Assembly: GCA_951406725.2 (NCBI GenBank)
Contig: OX597824.1
Span: 62,558,001 to 62,622,000, forward strand
Length of the DNA: 64,000 bases
Direction of reading: 5' to 3'
Origin: Octopus vulgaris
Lineage: Eukaryota
The notes under the pieces are model-generated. The model saw only the letters and a list, made by a program, of their open reading frames with translations, was not told where the DNA came from and searched no databases. How positions within the stretch are numbered: position 1 is the first letter of the stretch; each line of letters begins with the position of its first letter. This document shows, piece by piece, positions 28,640 through 42,392 of this stretch. Made by a program: the position numbers and the translations under genes.

Positions 28640-29845
28640 CTCTGCTTATTCCATCCTACCCATGCTCCGTACTACTTCTTATCGCATTATGCGTGCCACC
28701 ATTCGTTCTAATATCTCTAAAATGCACACCCTCGACTGCCTCATCCCTCTCAATTATTCTACCTTTTTCTCCTGTGTTTCACATCCTGCTGCACATTCTA
28801 CTCTACGCTTCATAATCCATTTAAATCATATTTTTCATAGTTCCTCGCTCGCACTAAACAACATAAACTCCACTCACTCCTTCATTCCACATCCCCAACC
28901 CACACCTCACACCCGATGTCACTACACCCACCCTTCCTCATGTCCATTCCTCCCAGATATACTCCCCCCTCATCCACATCCTACTTTTCGTTACTCCCAC
29001 ACCCCACGCACTTATTCTTCATTTTCCCCCCAGCCTCCCATTGCCCCCACCATCCCGCCTACATGTAACTCATCAAACCTGTCCTCACGTCAGTCTGTTG
29101 TTATCATTCCTCCTGATGTTTACTTACAAGCATTCTCTTGTAAGTAAAGGTCTGCGTTTCATACACCTCATTCCATCCAGTAACGAACTTCAGACCCGTG
29201 CGGACATTCATAGCTCTGTGCGCCGCTTCAGGCTATATGCACTATTCCACAGTACACCACTTACATCTAAGGAAGAGGACTGCTTCACCGAGCAGCCCAC
29301 TGGACGCCAGCTCCTGGCCAGTCCCAAGCAGTTGATCATTTTACCAAGAATCTACCAATGTGTTGTGGACCGGTTTGACATTCGCAGGCGTCCCCGGCAT
29401 TTTCGCCTCTCCTCGACTGAACTCTCAGCCCTGCGATGTCACTAACTCCACAAAAATATTATCATAAAACCGGCCGACAAGGGTGGAGCCGTAGTGGTGT
29501 AGCGCCCAGACCTCTACAAGGCTGAAGCTCACGCCAACTTCAACACACCTCCTTCTATTGCCCTCTGACCTTCAACCCCACGCCTAACTACCAACAAACT
29601 GTATCCTCCACTACCCATGCCCTCATCTCCCGTCTCCCATCACCTCCAAATTGATTGTCCGCACTCCACGCACCCCCACCATTTACTTTCTTCCCCAAAT
29701 CTACAAGCCCATCATCACTGGCCGCCCCATCGTCTCCGCCTGTAACTGCCTCGACCGTATCTTTGACACCTAGTGGCTTTCCTTCCCACCTCTTCCACAT
29801 CCATGGCACTAACCATGCTCTCAGTTTCTTTAACACTTTCTCCTT
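28640..29845 (+). pseudogene. Decayed PLE, N-terminal region and start of RT
   Basis: LVSKGLRFI, RRFRLYALF, IIKPADKGGAVVV*RPDLY (29461), YFLPQIYKP, GRPIVSACNC. Confidence 0.8.
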
Positions 29846-30095
29846 TTCTTCTGAATCAAAGAAGAATACGATATCTTTCTCTTACGTGTAAGTTGTATTT
29901 CTTAGATCCATTAACATATGACTCAGATTTCTCCACCATTCTCCACTTAATTGCAAGTGGTCTGTAGTTTGACTTCAAACTGCATAAGTGGGTAATCAAC
30001 TTAGTTGCATTATTTTTATCGGTTGTGTAATTAAAATGATATTTATCTTTCACTGAATGGAGTAATTTTTTTGCGTGTTTCTCCCACTATTGGAT
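29845..30095 (-). pseudogene. Naiad-type GIY-YIG C-terminal fragment
   Basis: ATKLITHLCSLK...IKWRMVEKSESYVNGSKKYNL..RE; homologous to 36070-36190 in the opposite orientation. Confidence 0.7.
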
Positions 30096-30105
30096 CTTGG
30101 AAATA

Positions 30106-30157
<52 letters not shown>

Positions 30158-31569
30158 CGCGCACGCGTATATGCTTATATGTGTGTTATGACATACGCGC
30201 ATATACTATTTTCAGAAATATAATTTTACATGCGTGCATATTACCACCTACACACGCACTCAACCCATATCCATACATATATGCGTGTATGCGTGTTATG
30301 TATGTATAAATGTGTTTTTCACCAAACCACCTTTTGCATTAAATATGAGGGAATGTGTACGTGTATGTGTGCAACCGTGCATATGTGTGTCTGTCTGTGT
30401 TCCTATGTTGTTTTCCATGACTGTTAATATTTGTGCTAACATTAGATAAGATAAATATATCTTAAAACTTAAATTACATATCTTCTTTTTTTACATTGTT
30501 ATTTCTTTATAAATATCTTTTCTAGATGGTGGTTATTACTTAATGGGATTCTTCTGGTAGAATGATCCTCGATTAAATCCCTTACTAATAAAAAAGGGAT
30601 CTTACTAATAAACGACACGCCCATTGCGGAAGCTAAAAAGACGTCATTTGTTGACCACCCTTGAAAGTACTGTGTTCTATACTTGATAATATAAAGTCTA
30701 TCGTTTTTGTTCCTTTATAGATATGCAGTCTATCAAACTGTATAAATATCTTTCTAATTCATCAATTGATTTGAAATGGAAATAGTAAAAACAAAGTAAT
30801 AAATAAAAGAGATATTTTTACGTCTTACATATCTTTCTTTATGCTTATTCTGCAAATATATTGCTTGCTGACCACCTATGCTAATGCGATCGAAGTAAAA
30901 TCAAAAGTATATATGGAAGTAATAAAACGAATGCTTTTCTTAATTTTCCAGCAAGCAATAAAGAATAATCAACTATTAAGATGTGTTGGTGCATTTAATT
31001 AAATGGAAGCAAGAACCATAAAATCTAGTCTAAAGTTTTCAGAGTTACTGTTTGCATTCAGTGACGATCTCGAGTCATGTATCTGCATATATTTTTATCA
31101 TTCTTTTACCAGCTGTGGTATCTCTTTGTGCGATAATTTCGGTTGACATTCAACATAGCGATTTCTCATGTTTGAATAAATAGATATGTACTCGCACTCA
31201 CATATTCACAGAGACACACATACACGCAGAAGTGAATAGACGGATTTATATGTATATGCGTGTACTCTATCTGTGTGTGAGAGAGAATATATCGGGGTTT
31301 CAGTGCTGAAGTAAGCTCACCGCATTTATATGACAGTGTACATTCGAAATTTCGTGTTTTACTTAATTTTAATATCTATAATTAAGTTATGAGCATGGAA
31401 CAATGATAACCACTGTCATATATCTACCATGATATCGAAAAGAAACCCATATTAGGTGATAAAAATACTTCATTGTATAGCTGACGTGTATAAATTTACA
31501 GCAATATTGAAACCAGCAGAACTTTACGAGGAATTCAGTTACTGTGGGTTATATTGAAAATGTTGGAAT

Positions 31570-31710
31570 ATATTGGTTTCAGATTTTGGCTCAGGGTAGC
31601 AATTTCAACGGTGGTGTAAGTCGATTAATTTGACCCCAGTACATGGCTGGAACTTATTTTATCTACTCCAAAATGATGAAAAGCAAAATTGGCCTCGGCG
31701 GACTTTGAAA
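31570..31710 (-). mobile_element. SINE family A, 3' fragment
   Basis: taagtcgattaatttgaccccagt...cttatttt...gatgaaaagcaaaattggcctcggcggactttgaa. Confidence 0.7.
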
Positions 31711-31734
31711 TTTTGGAATATATTAGGTAGCAAT

Positions 31735-32100
31735 TATGGAAACTGTCTTAGCAAAAGGAACGGAGAAACTTACTAAATACAAAGATCTGGAAATAGAGGT
31801 AACTCGAATGTGGAGCTTAAAAACAGAAACAATTCCTATCATAGTACGCGCGTTAGATATGATAAAAATAACTTCCAGACAAATACATAACAAAAACACC
31901 AGGACTAACAAATATGTATAAAATACAGAATATATCACTACAAAGCACCGCACACTTCCTAAGTAAAACACTTTCAATACAGAAACAATAAGAACACCGC
32001 AACACACCGCAACACACCGCAGCACATACCCAAGGCACACATAGCTGCTCTCGGTAGTGCAGTGAAAGCACGTGATAAAAAAAGACTACTAAATAATAAT
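31735..32100 (+). pseudogene. R4/Dong-like 3' end (RLE tail + 3'UTR), same family as 546-1257
   Basis: EKLTKYKDLEIEVTRMWSLKTETIPII; 3'UTR cccaaggcacac...ctcggtagtg...gaaagcacg is the reverse complement of about 575-620. Confidence 0.88.
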
Positions 32101-32129
32101 AACAACAACAACAAAAGCAATAATAATAT

Positions 32130-33185
32130 AGAGTATAAGCGTAGACACGACAAGGTAGACGAAAACCTCATCTGGCTACTATACCGCAAGTAAGGGTATG
32201 TGTTTACGGGTGTTTGGTACTAATATACACTGGATAAGGTAATGGAGGAAAAGAGGGAGGCAAAAATCCTCTGTGACTTTGACTTCCAGACAGACAAGTT
32301 ATTAGAACACCGAAGGCCGGTTATAGTAACCTTTAGGAGAGACAAACAGGAGTGCCTTATAATTGACGTAGCAGTGCCAGGATATCATGAGCATCTCAGG
32401 ATGGAGTATTTCCGAAGGCTGAGGTTGGTGTTGCACTCAAAATTGACTGGATGAAATAAAATCCAAGCTGTTAATACGTGGGCAATAGCACCACTTCGGT
32501 ATGGAGCGGGAATTATAAAATGGCAGAAGAGAGAAATGAATAAAATTGATACCAAGACCAGAAAAATGTTGACAATACACGGAACCTTCCAGACTAAAAG
32601 TGAAACTGATAGGCTGTACTTGTCTAGAAGAAAGGGTGGGAGAACTTTAACGGTTGTCAGGACTATATCGAAGCGGAGGAAAAGAGAATAGGGTTGAAAA
32701 ACGCGAAGAGGGCCGGTGTCATCAACACTGAAGATTGTGTAACTATGTGAAAATTTAAACAAGACGTGAACGAAAAAAAAAGAAAAAGCATGGGAGGGAA
32801 AAAGAGATGTGAACGCCGAATGGATGAGAAAGATTGACCGGAAGATAGAGACAGAAGTACTTATATGCGCAGCTCGGGAACAAGTGTTTAGGACCAATTA
32901 TATGAAGTGTAGAATAGACAACACTACCGATAGAGACAAATGAAGAATATGTGGTGAGAGAGGTGAAACGCATGGCGAATACCCGAAATTGGCAAAACTT
33001 GAATACAAAAGACACCATGAAACTGTGGCAAAAATGATCAATTGGAAGCTCTGTGGAAACCAGGACACACAAATAGCTAAGGCTTGGTATAAGAAAATCT
33101 CTAGAAGGAGTCACTGAAAACGAGATTTGCTGCATCTTGTGGGATGCAGTAATCCAATGCGATCACCCGACCAAACATCGGAAAT
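32130..33185 (+). pseudogene. Scrambled R4-like fragments (RLE piece followed by thumb/ZnF/RLE piece)
   Basis: RHDKV, ILCDFDFQTDK..HRRP..IIDVAVPG, then EYFRRLRLVL..NKIQAVNTWAI, RLYL, ILWDAVIQCD. Confidence 0.78.
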
Positions 33186-33639
33186 CGTATTTCAGGGGAC
33201 TATGATATAACATTAAGACTCATACATATCGTGTCCTCCTCCATGATTTGCTGTAGAAACGACTGTATGTAGTGCAAAAATGTTTACTCTCGGCCGAATG
33301 AAAATCTTTACACATATTCGCTGCTATCTTTTGCACAGATACAAGTTAAATTTCCATGGTTGCAACGTATAAAAATGTTAAATTCATGATCATTATATCA
33401 TTATTTATGCATGCAATATCAATACAGAGTCCTCCCCTAAAATTGCCAGGATTTAAGAGTCTGTGCCAAGATTTAAGAACCATAACTATTTTACAGGTGC
33501 AGGCATGATTGAGTAGTAAAAATTTATTACCCGACCACATGGCTCCGGGTGTAGACCCACTGCGTCGTCCTATGAGCGAATGTCTTCTACTATAGCATCA
33601 ATCAAAATCTTGTGAGTAACTTTGGTAGACGGAAACTGA
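33186..33639 (+). repeat. Copy 1 of ~450-bp inverted duplication (includes a SINE B head)
   Basis: Reverse-complement match to 61351-61869. Confidence 0.9.
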
Positions 33640-34726
33640 TTTGAATTGGGACGATAGAGAAGCTGTAAGAAAACATCACAAGTCATTTACGTCTATGGAT
33701 TTTATGCATTGTAATTATCAATTTGAAACAGAAAAAGAGAAACCCTATTACTTGTAGTACGAATTCTGTACTTCTATCGATTGCTGGGTGTGCGTGTTAC
33801 CGACAGTAGAACAGATACTCTTAACAGTCCTTCTTCTAAATTAGGTAGCCAAATTTGTTTATCTGATATTTAGGCTTTTTGCTGATATTTAACCTTTTAG
33901 GTAAATAGTTAAATAATTAACTTAAGAAGAGAGATAAAATTTAAAGTTGAGTATATTACATAACGTATTGCAGAACACAGGATTGTGTCTCCCTTCGACA
34001 CATTTAATGGATAAAAAATTACTAAAATTATATATTATATTGATATTGGTCAAATTCGAAATTAAACTCGATGTGAAAAACAGCTGTGCACCTCGGTCCC
34101 CAATGAATTGCACTAAAATATTTGCATAACACAAAACAATATTTACGAGCAAAAAGCAAGAATTAATATAACTCACTTGTATGTTGTGCTAACATCATTT
34201 GACTGGGTTCAGAGTCAGATGCTTCTAGATAATATAGGCAATCGAAAAGAGATTCTATGGTATTTATAACAATATCAAACATAACAGAAACATAGGCCGT
34301 AACTGAGTGACTGAGACTTGAGGTAAAACCCACTAGTAGTTTCCAAATGCTTCGATGCGTAGATTTAAACTAATAAAATCAACTGGCAATTTGATATTCC
34401 ATTCATAGAGATTTCAGTCAGAATATAGGAGGGAAATCTTAGATTTTTAGAACAGCTACATACATACGTAGGTATTGGCATATATATCTATGTATGCTTT
34501 TATGAGTATGTGCATGTGTGTGTATTTACGTATTTACAGAGGCACATAGACAAACGCACACTCATGTATATGTATATATATATATATATATATATTTACA
34601 TATACACACATATGTGTGTTTCTCTGTGTGTGTATGTATATGCATACGTAAATGAACAAACACACAAATGCACGCACACATACATGTGTATATGCATACA
34701 TAATATATATGTAAATATATATGTAG

Positions 34727-34757
<31 letters not shown>

Positions 34758-34856
34758 CAAACACACAAACATACATGTATGCATGTATAAATATATGCAT
34801 ATATATATATGCATATGTCTATCTATATATCTATCTATCTATCTATCTATCTATCC

Positions 34857-34938
<82 letters not shown>

Positions 34939-35627
34939 ACGTATGTGTGTGTGTGTGTTTATGTTTATGTATGTATCGAATGTATGCATGTTCGTACAGA
35001 CGTATTGCAGTTCTTTAAAGAATTTGATTTATTAGTTCACCAGATATACATAATTTCCCACCATTCAAAGGAGATAAAATACTATAGATAAAATACGCAA
35101 CATTATTAAGTTAATTAGAAATATATCTTTCCTGGTAGGACGTATCTTTCATATCTGTACATATTTTAATCCATCAATAAAATGGAGATATCTTATATTT
35201 ATCAATGAAAAATTTTATGATTATGATAATAATGATACAGAGAAGATTGATAATATAAGCCTACAGTTTTTGGAAGTTGATTATAGATATCGCAAGTGTT
35301 AATGTAGATAAGCTGCTTAGACATCAGATTCAGTTACTGAAAGATAACGGCGATTCCTACAGCAAAAGCGTAGAATGGCCACAAGTCAGTTAATAGTTTG
35401 TGGAATGTCCTAAGCTATGGAAGAGACGTCTCATGTTAATGGCACACAGGATAGTATCGTGATGGTTTAATAAAAATGTCTCGAAGGAACAAATATGAAT
35501 TATATTTTAGAAGACTATACTTTATTGGGAACTATAGGGGAGGCGTTTTTATTTAACAGAATATATTTAACAGAAGTAGTTTTATAGAGCACTACGAAAT
35601 ACAGAAGGCTAGGATAAATATGGAAGC

Positions 35628-35689
<62 letters not shown>

Positions 35690-36069
35690 CATACTTACAC
35701 GTACATATTTCTGTGTGTGTGCTTTTATGTTGGTACTTTCCCCCACCACAGATTGACAAGCGGTATTAATGTGTTTTCGTCCCAGTAACTTAGCGGTTCG
35801 GAAAAGACAACCCATAGAATAAATACCATGCTTCAAAAAATAATAAGTCCTTGGGTCTATTTCTTCGGCTAAGATTCTAGCTAGTGATTCTCCAGTTTGG
35901 CTGCAGCCAGGCATGCGTGATAAATTTCGCCATATACGAGTTTGAAGTACAGCTACGCTCGAAGACAAATCAATTGCAAAGAAGAATTGCATCAAATTGT
36001 GTGAGGGCGAATTCAAGAGTCGTTATGCAAACGACGGGCCTTGTTTCCCGCACCGAGATAAAAAAAAAA

Positions 36070-36190
36070 TTAATAAGTATGGAATTTGAAGATCAGCTGC
36101 ACACTACATGCGATTAAGTGGAGAATAGTGGAGAAATCCAAGCTATATGTTAACGGATCTAAGAATTGCAAATTACGCGTATCAGAAAGA
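36070..36190 (+). pseudogene. Naiad-type GIY-YIG fragment
   Basis: WNLK...IKWRIVEKSKLYVNGSKNCKLRVSER. Confidence 0.65.
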
Positions 36191-36863
36191 GAGAGAGGAC
36201 GTGTTGGAAGGCAGTCGAAAGGCTGAATATTGTATAGTAAATAATCCTCTAAAATAAACTTGCTATTATATCTTTGTTCTATGTGAAAATATATATCACA
36301 ACAAGAACACTCAGAGAACGCAAACCTCCGCCAAGGCAACACCAACGTCTTGATTTCTTTTATTAGGCACAAAGACCCTTATAAAGATGGGTCAATACAA
36401 AGACAGACAAAACAATACAGTGGGCTACACAAAACATATAGTGGATGAAATTATGAATAAATTATAAATGAGATGAAATGATTTACCTGCCCTCCACGAG
36501 CAGGCAGTTCCAGTTTACTGTTTATATATTATACACTTCATTATTCTTTTTTCATCACTTTTGAAAAAATTCCTTATTTTAAAATGATAAATATCTCACT
36601 TACTTTCCTTCATATTAGATATTCCACTATGTCCTCAAGTACTACCATCACAATCATTTCCCCGAATAGTTCCTTCAACTTTTCACATTTCTCTTTTACA
36701 AATAAGACTGCCTTAAATCGTTTATTGCACAGTTTAGGCGCTAATTTCACCCTAATTAAATTTTTCATTTTTGTGATCTTTTTTCAATTCTATATTTAAG
36801 AGATGAGGAATTATATACGTTATTTACATTCGACGGATATTTGTCCTCATCGTGTTCCTTGTT

Positions 36864-36909
36864 AACACAACATTTCGGCTGATATACCCTCCAACCTTCA
36901 ACAGGTGTC
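36864..36909 (-). ncRNA. Degenerate minimal hammerhead in a PLE pLTR relic
   Basis: Minus strand: gacac-CTGtTGA-aggttg gagggtatat cagcc-GAAA-tgTT-gtgtt; stem I gacac/gtgtt; homolog at 40279-40324. Confidence 0.6.
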
Positions 36910-36967
36910 TTGGGGCAATTTCGAACCTGGGTTCTCATTCTTAAGGTAGTTTCTGATGTTGATGTTC

Positions 36968-37027
<60 letters not shown>

Positions 37028-37028
<1 letters not shown>

Positions 37029-40000
37029 GTTTTTCCTTCTTTCTTCAAATTTTCTTCCGTTTCTCGCCGAGTGTTTTCCATACACCTGGGACAGAGAAGT
37101 TCAATGTATGCATTCCCAGATTACACACGCTAATTCACGTATAAAATATGTATTTAAAAATTAATAAATAAATAAATTCATGGATGGATGTTGTTTTCAC
37201 AGCGATAATGCTCTTCTCAGTACATGAGCCGTTCCAGTTAATACGATGTTTTGCACTTCCCGTAGGGATAGTAAGCCTGGAATCATTTTCAAATAGGTTT
37301 TAATACCTTTTTTTTTAATCATTTCTAGAGATCCTACAATCACTGGTACTGTAGTCACCTTGAGATGCCACATTTTTTCAATTTCTATTAGCAGATTTTT
37401 ATATTTACTAATCTTGTCAAATTCTTTCGCCGCTATATTGTGATCGCAAGGGATACTCATGTCATTTAATAAACACATCTTTTTTGTCTGATCTTTTATA
37501 ATAATATCCGGTTTATTAACTTTTATAGTCTTGTCGGTCTGTACGGGGAAGTCCCATATAATCGACAAATTTTCTCCCTCAATCACAGCTTCAGGATAGT
37601 GTTTATACCATTTGTCAGCGGTTTTGATTTTATAATACCGACATATTGTCCAATGTAAATACTGGCCGACTCTGTCATGTCTTGCTTTATATTCTGCAGT
37701 TGCTAAGACTCTGCACCCTCAGATTAGGTGGTCTATTGTTTAAATCTCATCGTTATAGAATCGGTATTTTGGGTCAGCTCCATTTTTTATCACATTGGCT
37801 TGGTAGTTCCGGGTTAATAAGCTTTGGCGTTGAGCAGCTAATATGAAACCTTCACTCTCTGCTTTAGCCCTGAGCTTCGTAACCATTGGTGCGTGTGTTT
37901 CTGGTCGACATCAGCTTGTTTGCTACGGGCCACATACTTGCCATGGAGAGGTTTCTGTTCCCATCTGCTAGCTAAATTTTCATGTGCTTTTGTCTTTGCA
38001 ACTAATTTTATTTTCTTTGCAGCTGCATTAGGCGCATTTCCTTCAGCCTGATCAATATGGTGGGTATCTAAGAGACTAGCAGCGAATTTTTTGCTCTCTT
38101 TGAGAATAGAGTGAAGTCTTTTCAGTCTTTCATGTTTTTCAACAAGTTTTAGCATCCAATCGTTGGTTGCTTCAAGGTATTTGGCCAGTCCGATTGTGGT
38201 GGTTTTGTATGTAAGTTCAAGCTGGATCAAACCTCGACTTCCCGGAGCTCTGGGAAGCTAAAGGCGATCCCCGGCTGCCTTTGGATGGTGCAACTTCTTA
38301 CAAGTCAGTAGCTTGTAGATTGTTCTGTCAATTTTCATTATTTCACTGGTATTCCAGTTAAACACATTGAAGCTATAAAGAACAACTGGTATTGCTAAGG
38401 AATTTATGGCTAACATTTTATTATATGCATTCAGCTCAGACTTCAGGACTGCTCGAACTCTTCTATAGCATTCCTTCCTAACCTTCTCGTTCATGCTTGC
38501 ATGCTAGATACCAGAGCCTTAATTTATTCCTAGGTATTTATAGGTTTGTTCCTGCTCAAGTTCCTTTATTACTGTTTCGACATCTAATTCGATTGAACTA
38601 GACTTTACCAATTTCCCTTTCTTAAAAGTGGCTTTGGCACACTTTTCAAGGTCAAACTCCATCCCGATATCACCATTGAATCCTTTCATGGTATGTAATA
38701 ATCCTTCAAGCTCTTCATCAGTTTTGCCATATAGCTTTAAATCATCCGTATAAAATAGATGGCTTATTTTCCTGTTGTCAATTTTGTAGCCATCTCCTGT
38801 TCTATTTAGTTCACTTGAGAGTGGTATTAGTGCTATGCAGAAAATTAGTGGTGAAAGTGAGTCACCTTGGAAAATTCCACAGTTTATGCTAATGTTGTTT
38901 GAGCGCAATGCTCCATTAGAATGATATAATTGGAGCTTCGTATTCCATAGTGACATATACTTTAAAAAATCTGAAATCACAGGAGAAATTTTGAAAATGT
39001 CCAGCGATTTCAGAATCCACGAATGCGGTATGCTGTCAAAGGCTTGTTTATAATCAATCCATGAAGAGCTGAGATTGCTGCGCCTCTTATGACAGTTCTC
39101 AAGGATCATGCGATTAATTAGGAGCTGATCTTTGCATCCGTATGAGCCTCGTCTGCATCCTTTTTGTTCAGTGTGAAAGAGGTTATTCTCTTCCATAAAC
39201 GTATATGTTTTCTCTACTAGAATAGATGTCAAAATCTTATAGGTAGTAGATAAAAATGCTATAGACCGGTAGTTTTTTGTTCTTTCGTTTTGTTATTTTT
39301 GGGGAAGTGGTACGTAACACCATTTGCCATCAAATGGGGTGTTTTTTCGGGTCTTTCGTAATACTATTAAATATAGTATTACTAACATTTTGTGTGCGAA
39401 CGAGAGTGATGAGAGCCAGAAATTTGGTACTCTATCAATACCAGGGGACTTCCACTTATGAGCCTTCGTTAGTGCGCTCCTTAGGTCGGCGTTTGAAATG
39501 TCTTCCTATACCTGTTCTTTTAGATTTTTGCAGGCATCTTGGGTGCGTTTGATCCAGTCTGCATTTTCAATGTATGGTTTCTCATCACTCAAGATCCCCT
39601 TCCAAAAGTTTTCAACTTCTTCCATTAGGGGTGGATTTTCAATGGTTATTTTTTCTTTCCCTATTTCCCTGTAAAATGATTTGGCATTGGATTTGAACAT
39701 CTTATTTTGCTTGTAGAATTTGATTCTTTTCTCAAATCTGCGTATTCTCTGAGCTTTTGCTTGAACTTTTTGTTTAAGTGTTTCTTCTCTTGTTGAGTGT
39801 CCATATTTTCTCACAATCTCCCTGCCTTTTGTTGATCTTACATCATTTCCAGAGATTAGCTCAGTTAATATTGATATCTCCCTTCGCAATGATTCAATTT
39901 CAGTTTCAATTCTACTCCTCAAGTTTGATTTTCTTTTCGAATTTGGTATTGTTGTCTTTTTGGGTGTTAAACAGCGTATTTCGATTACCTTAGCGACAGA

Positions 40001-41100
40001 GTAAATAGTTTCATTTAATTTATTAAGATCGCGTTTTAGTTGGTGTGTGATTTCTTGTGTAAGCAGTTGCCAATTTTTATTTGTGTTTTGTGTTGGTGTG
40101 CATTTGAGAGTTTATGGAGTGGTTCCCTATCATTCATAGTTGTATGGCCTACAACTTCAAGCTCATTCAGAACTTCTTGCTTCATTTCAATGATAGATTT
40201 TCCGTGTTGTTCAACAAACATGTGGTCTTCAAATGCTGTTTCGACATCTTTTTCCGGGCTGTATGTCGACATTTCCCCGACATACGAAGAAGGCTGAAGG
40301 GTATATCAACCGAAACGTTGTGTTATCAAAAAATAAGATGAGGACAAATATCGACGAATGTAAATAATGTAAATAATGTATCTTTTTTTCAATTTCTAAA
40401 TGTATTCTGTATTGTATCATAGTTCTTCCCTATCAGTTTACCTCCGTAGTTCTTATTGATTTTAAGTATTTTAGTTTCCTCTTTTGTATTATAGAAGATG
40501 GCTGACACCAGCCACGCCTCGTCAATTTCTGGGGGCACTCTACCATTACTCACTCTAGCTGCACGTGTTCAACAGTAGGTTGGTAGAAGTACCCACTCAG
40601 TTGATCCCAAAGACACAGTGGAGTGTTTTATCGCTTCTTGTTCACTCGCGAAGCGCACTTTCACTGTGCCGTATTTCTTTTCTTTGGCGTTATATACAAT
40701 TAGGCTTTTGATTTCCTTCAGGCATTCTTCGACTGCCTCTGCTGCACCTATTTCAACTCTTTTTGTAGCAATAGACAGCGTTCTGTATATTACTGCCCTT
40801 TTTTCTGTTTTTTTCCATAATTTCTTCGGGCGGCATCAGCCTCAGGCTGTCTTCCTCCATTTGTAAACATCATATTTCTTAAAATTTGTGTCGTTCAGTC
40901 GAATTTCTCTTACTTGCAGGATATCTGCCGTTAGAGTATTCCCAATTACTGCAGCATAACTGCCTGCTGGCAATGGTTGACTTTCCATAATGTTTTTATT
41001 CACAACTTCACCCATAAATGGAGAAGAAAATGAAAATCAACAGGTAACACTAAATTTAACAATTCAGTAATACAACCATTAGGTGCGGTAGACATTCAAT
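37028..41100 (-). pseudogene. Near full-length decayed R4/Dong-like element
   Basis: Putative start MESQPLP near 40987; [61 protein letters not shown]; stop at 37197; 3'UTR ends in (TAA)n at 36970-37027. Confidence 0.92.
40266..40400 (+). mobile_element. pLTR fragment with degenerate hammerhead inserted in the Dong-like ORF
   Basis: aaggctgaagggtatatcaaccGAAAcgttgtgtt...gatgaggacaaatatc...gaatgtaaataatgt is the reverse-complement homolog of about 36780-36925. Confidence 0.75.
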
Positions 41101-41534
41101 AATTTAAACAACAACAAAACTCACATGAAGCGAACACACATCAAATGCAGCAGGGAATCAAATTACTCGACTACAACACCAATGTCCAAATTTCTTTTAT
41201 TGAGCACATGGCTCTTAAAGAGAGGGAACAATACATGTACATATAAAACAATACAATGGGGTACATAAAATCACATATCGTATGAATTTATGGATACAAT
41301 GAAAAATGGGCATGAAATGACTTTACCTACCATCCATAAGCTGGCAGTTTATATAACGTTTTACTAACAGTTCAATATTCTGTCTTGTACCTGTTGGTTT
41401 TCCGTTCTTTCCTCTTTTTTTAAAAATTTACATAAGGTCACTAATTATTCTGTTCTTATTTACGCCTCATTTACACCAATTACTTCATTAAATTTTCGAA
41501 TGCCACCACCGGCGGCAATTAGTCAAAACGATAC

Positions 41535-42392
41535 AGGGATATTTTCCCTTTGAATGGCAGATCGAGAAAATAATTTTTTGTAACTAAACACTTTCAAACT
41601 TCGGACACTGGTAGAATGTGCCATATAAAACCTCTTTTTCTCGTAGTGTTGTTGAGGAAATTTTAGATTTTCAAAGTTATTTCGTGTTAAAGTAGTCGTA
41701 CTTCGGTCATTTCAACAAATCAATGACGTGTATTCTTTTGAATAAAATTACTACCGTTGTAACGACTATCGGCGATGTATATTTCGTTTGTCACTGTTAT
41801 TTATGACATTGTTCGTGCGTTTGTATTGTTTTAGATTTAGTTTTCTGGGTTAGGGTTTTAGAGTTAAGGTTAGGGTTAGGGTTAGGGTTTAGGATTAGGG
41901 TTAGGGTTTTAGGGATAGGGTTAGGGTTTTAGAGTTAGTGTTAGGGTTAGAAAAAAGTGAAAAATGAAGAAATTGGAGGGGAGGGAAACTATTTCCGAAA
42001 ATAGTAGCTGAAAAACAGGGAAATAAACTAAAAGCAGTTGAAATGCAGGAACGATTTTGATGGTGCCGTGAAATAAACAAGCTTGAGATACACTCGTTTA
42101 TTCATACAAACGTAACTATGTCAAAAATAACAGCGAAAAACGAAATATACGCCATCGGAAGTTGTTGTTGACAAACAACTGCAGTAATTTTATTCAGCTG
42201 AATACACGTCATTGATTGGTTGAAATTACCGAAATACAAATTTAACACGACATAACTTTGAAAATACAAACTTTTCTCAACAACGCTACAAGTAAAAGAT
42301 GTTTTATATGACGAATTCTACAAGTGTCCAAAGTTTGAAAGTGTTGCAAAAAATTATTTTCTCGATCTGCCTTTCAAAGGGTAAAGATCCCC
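41535..42392. mobile_element. Non-autonomous DNA transposon with ~290-bp TIRs, ATAC TSD and internal TTAGGG array (possibly Sola2-like)
   Basis: 41535-41828 is an imperfect inverted repeat of 42103-42392; ATAC at 41531-41534 and 42393-42396. Confidence 0.88.
41847..41950 (+). repeat. Degenerate telomere-like (TTAGGG)n
   Basis: gggttagggttttagagttaaggttagggttagggttagggtttagg... Confidence 0.92.
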
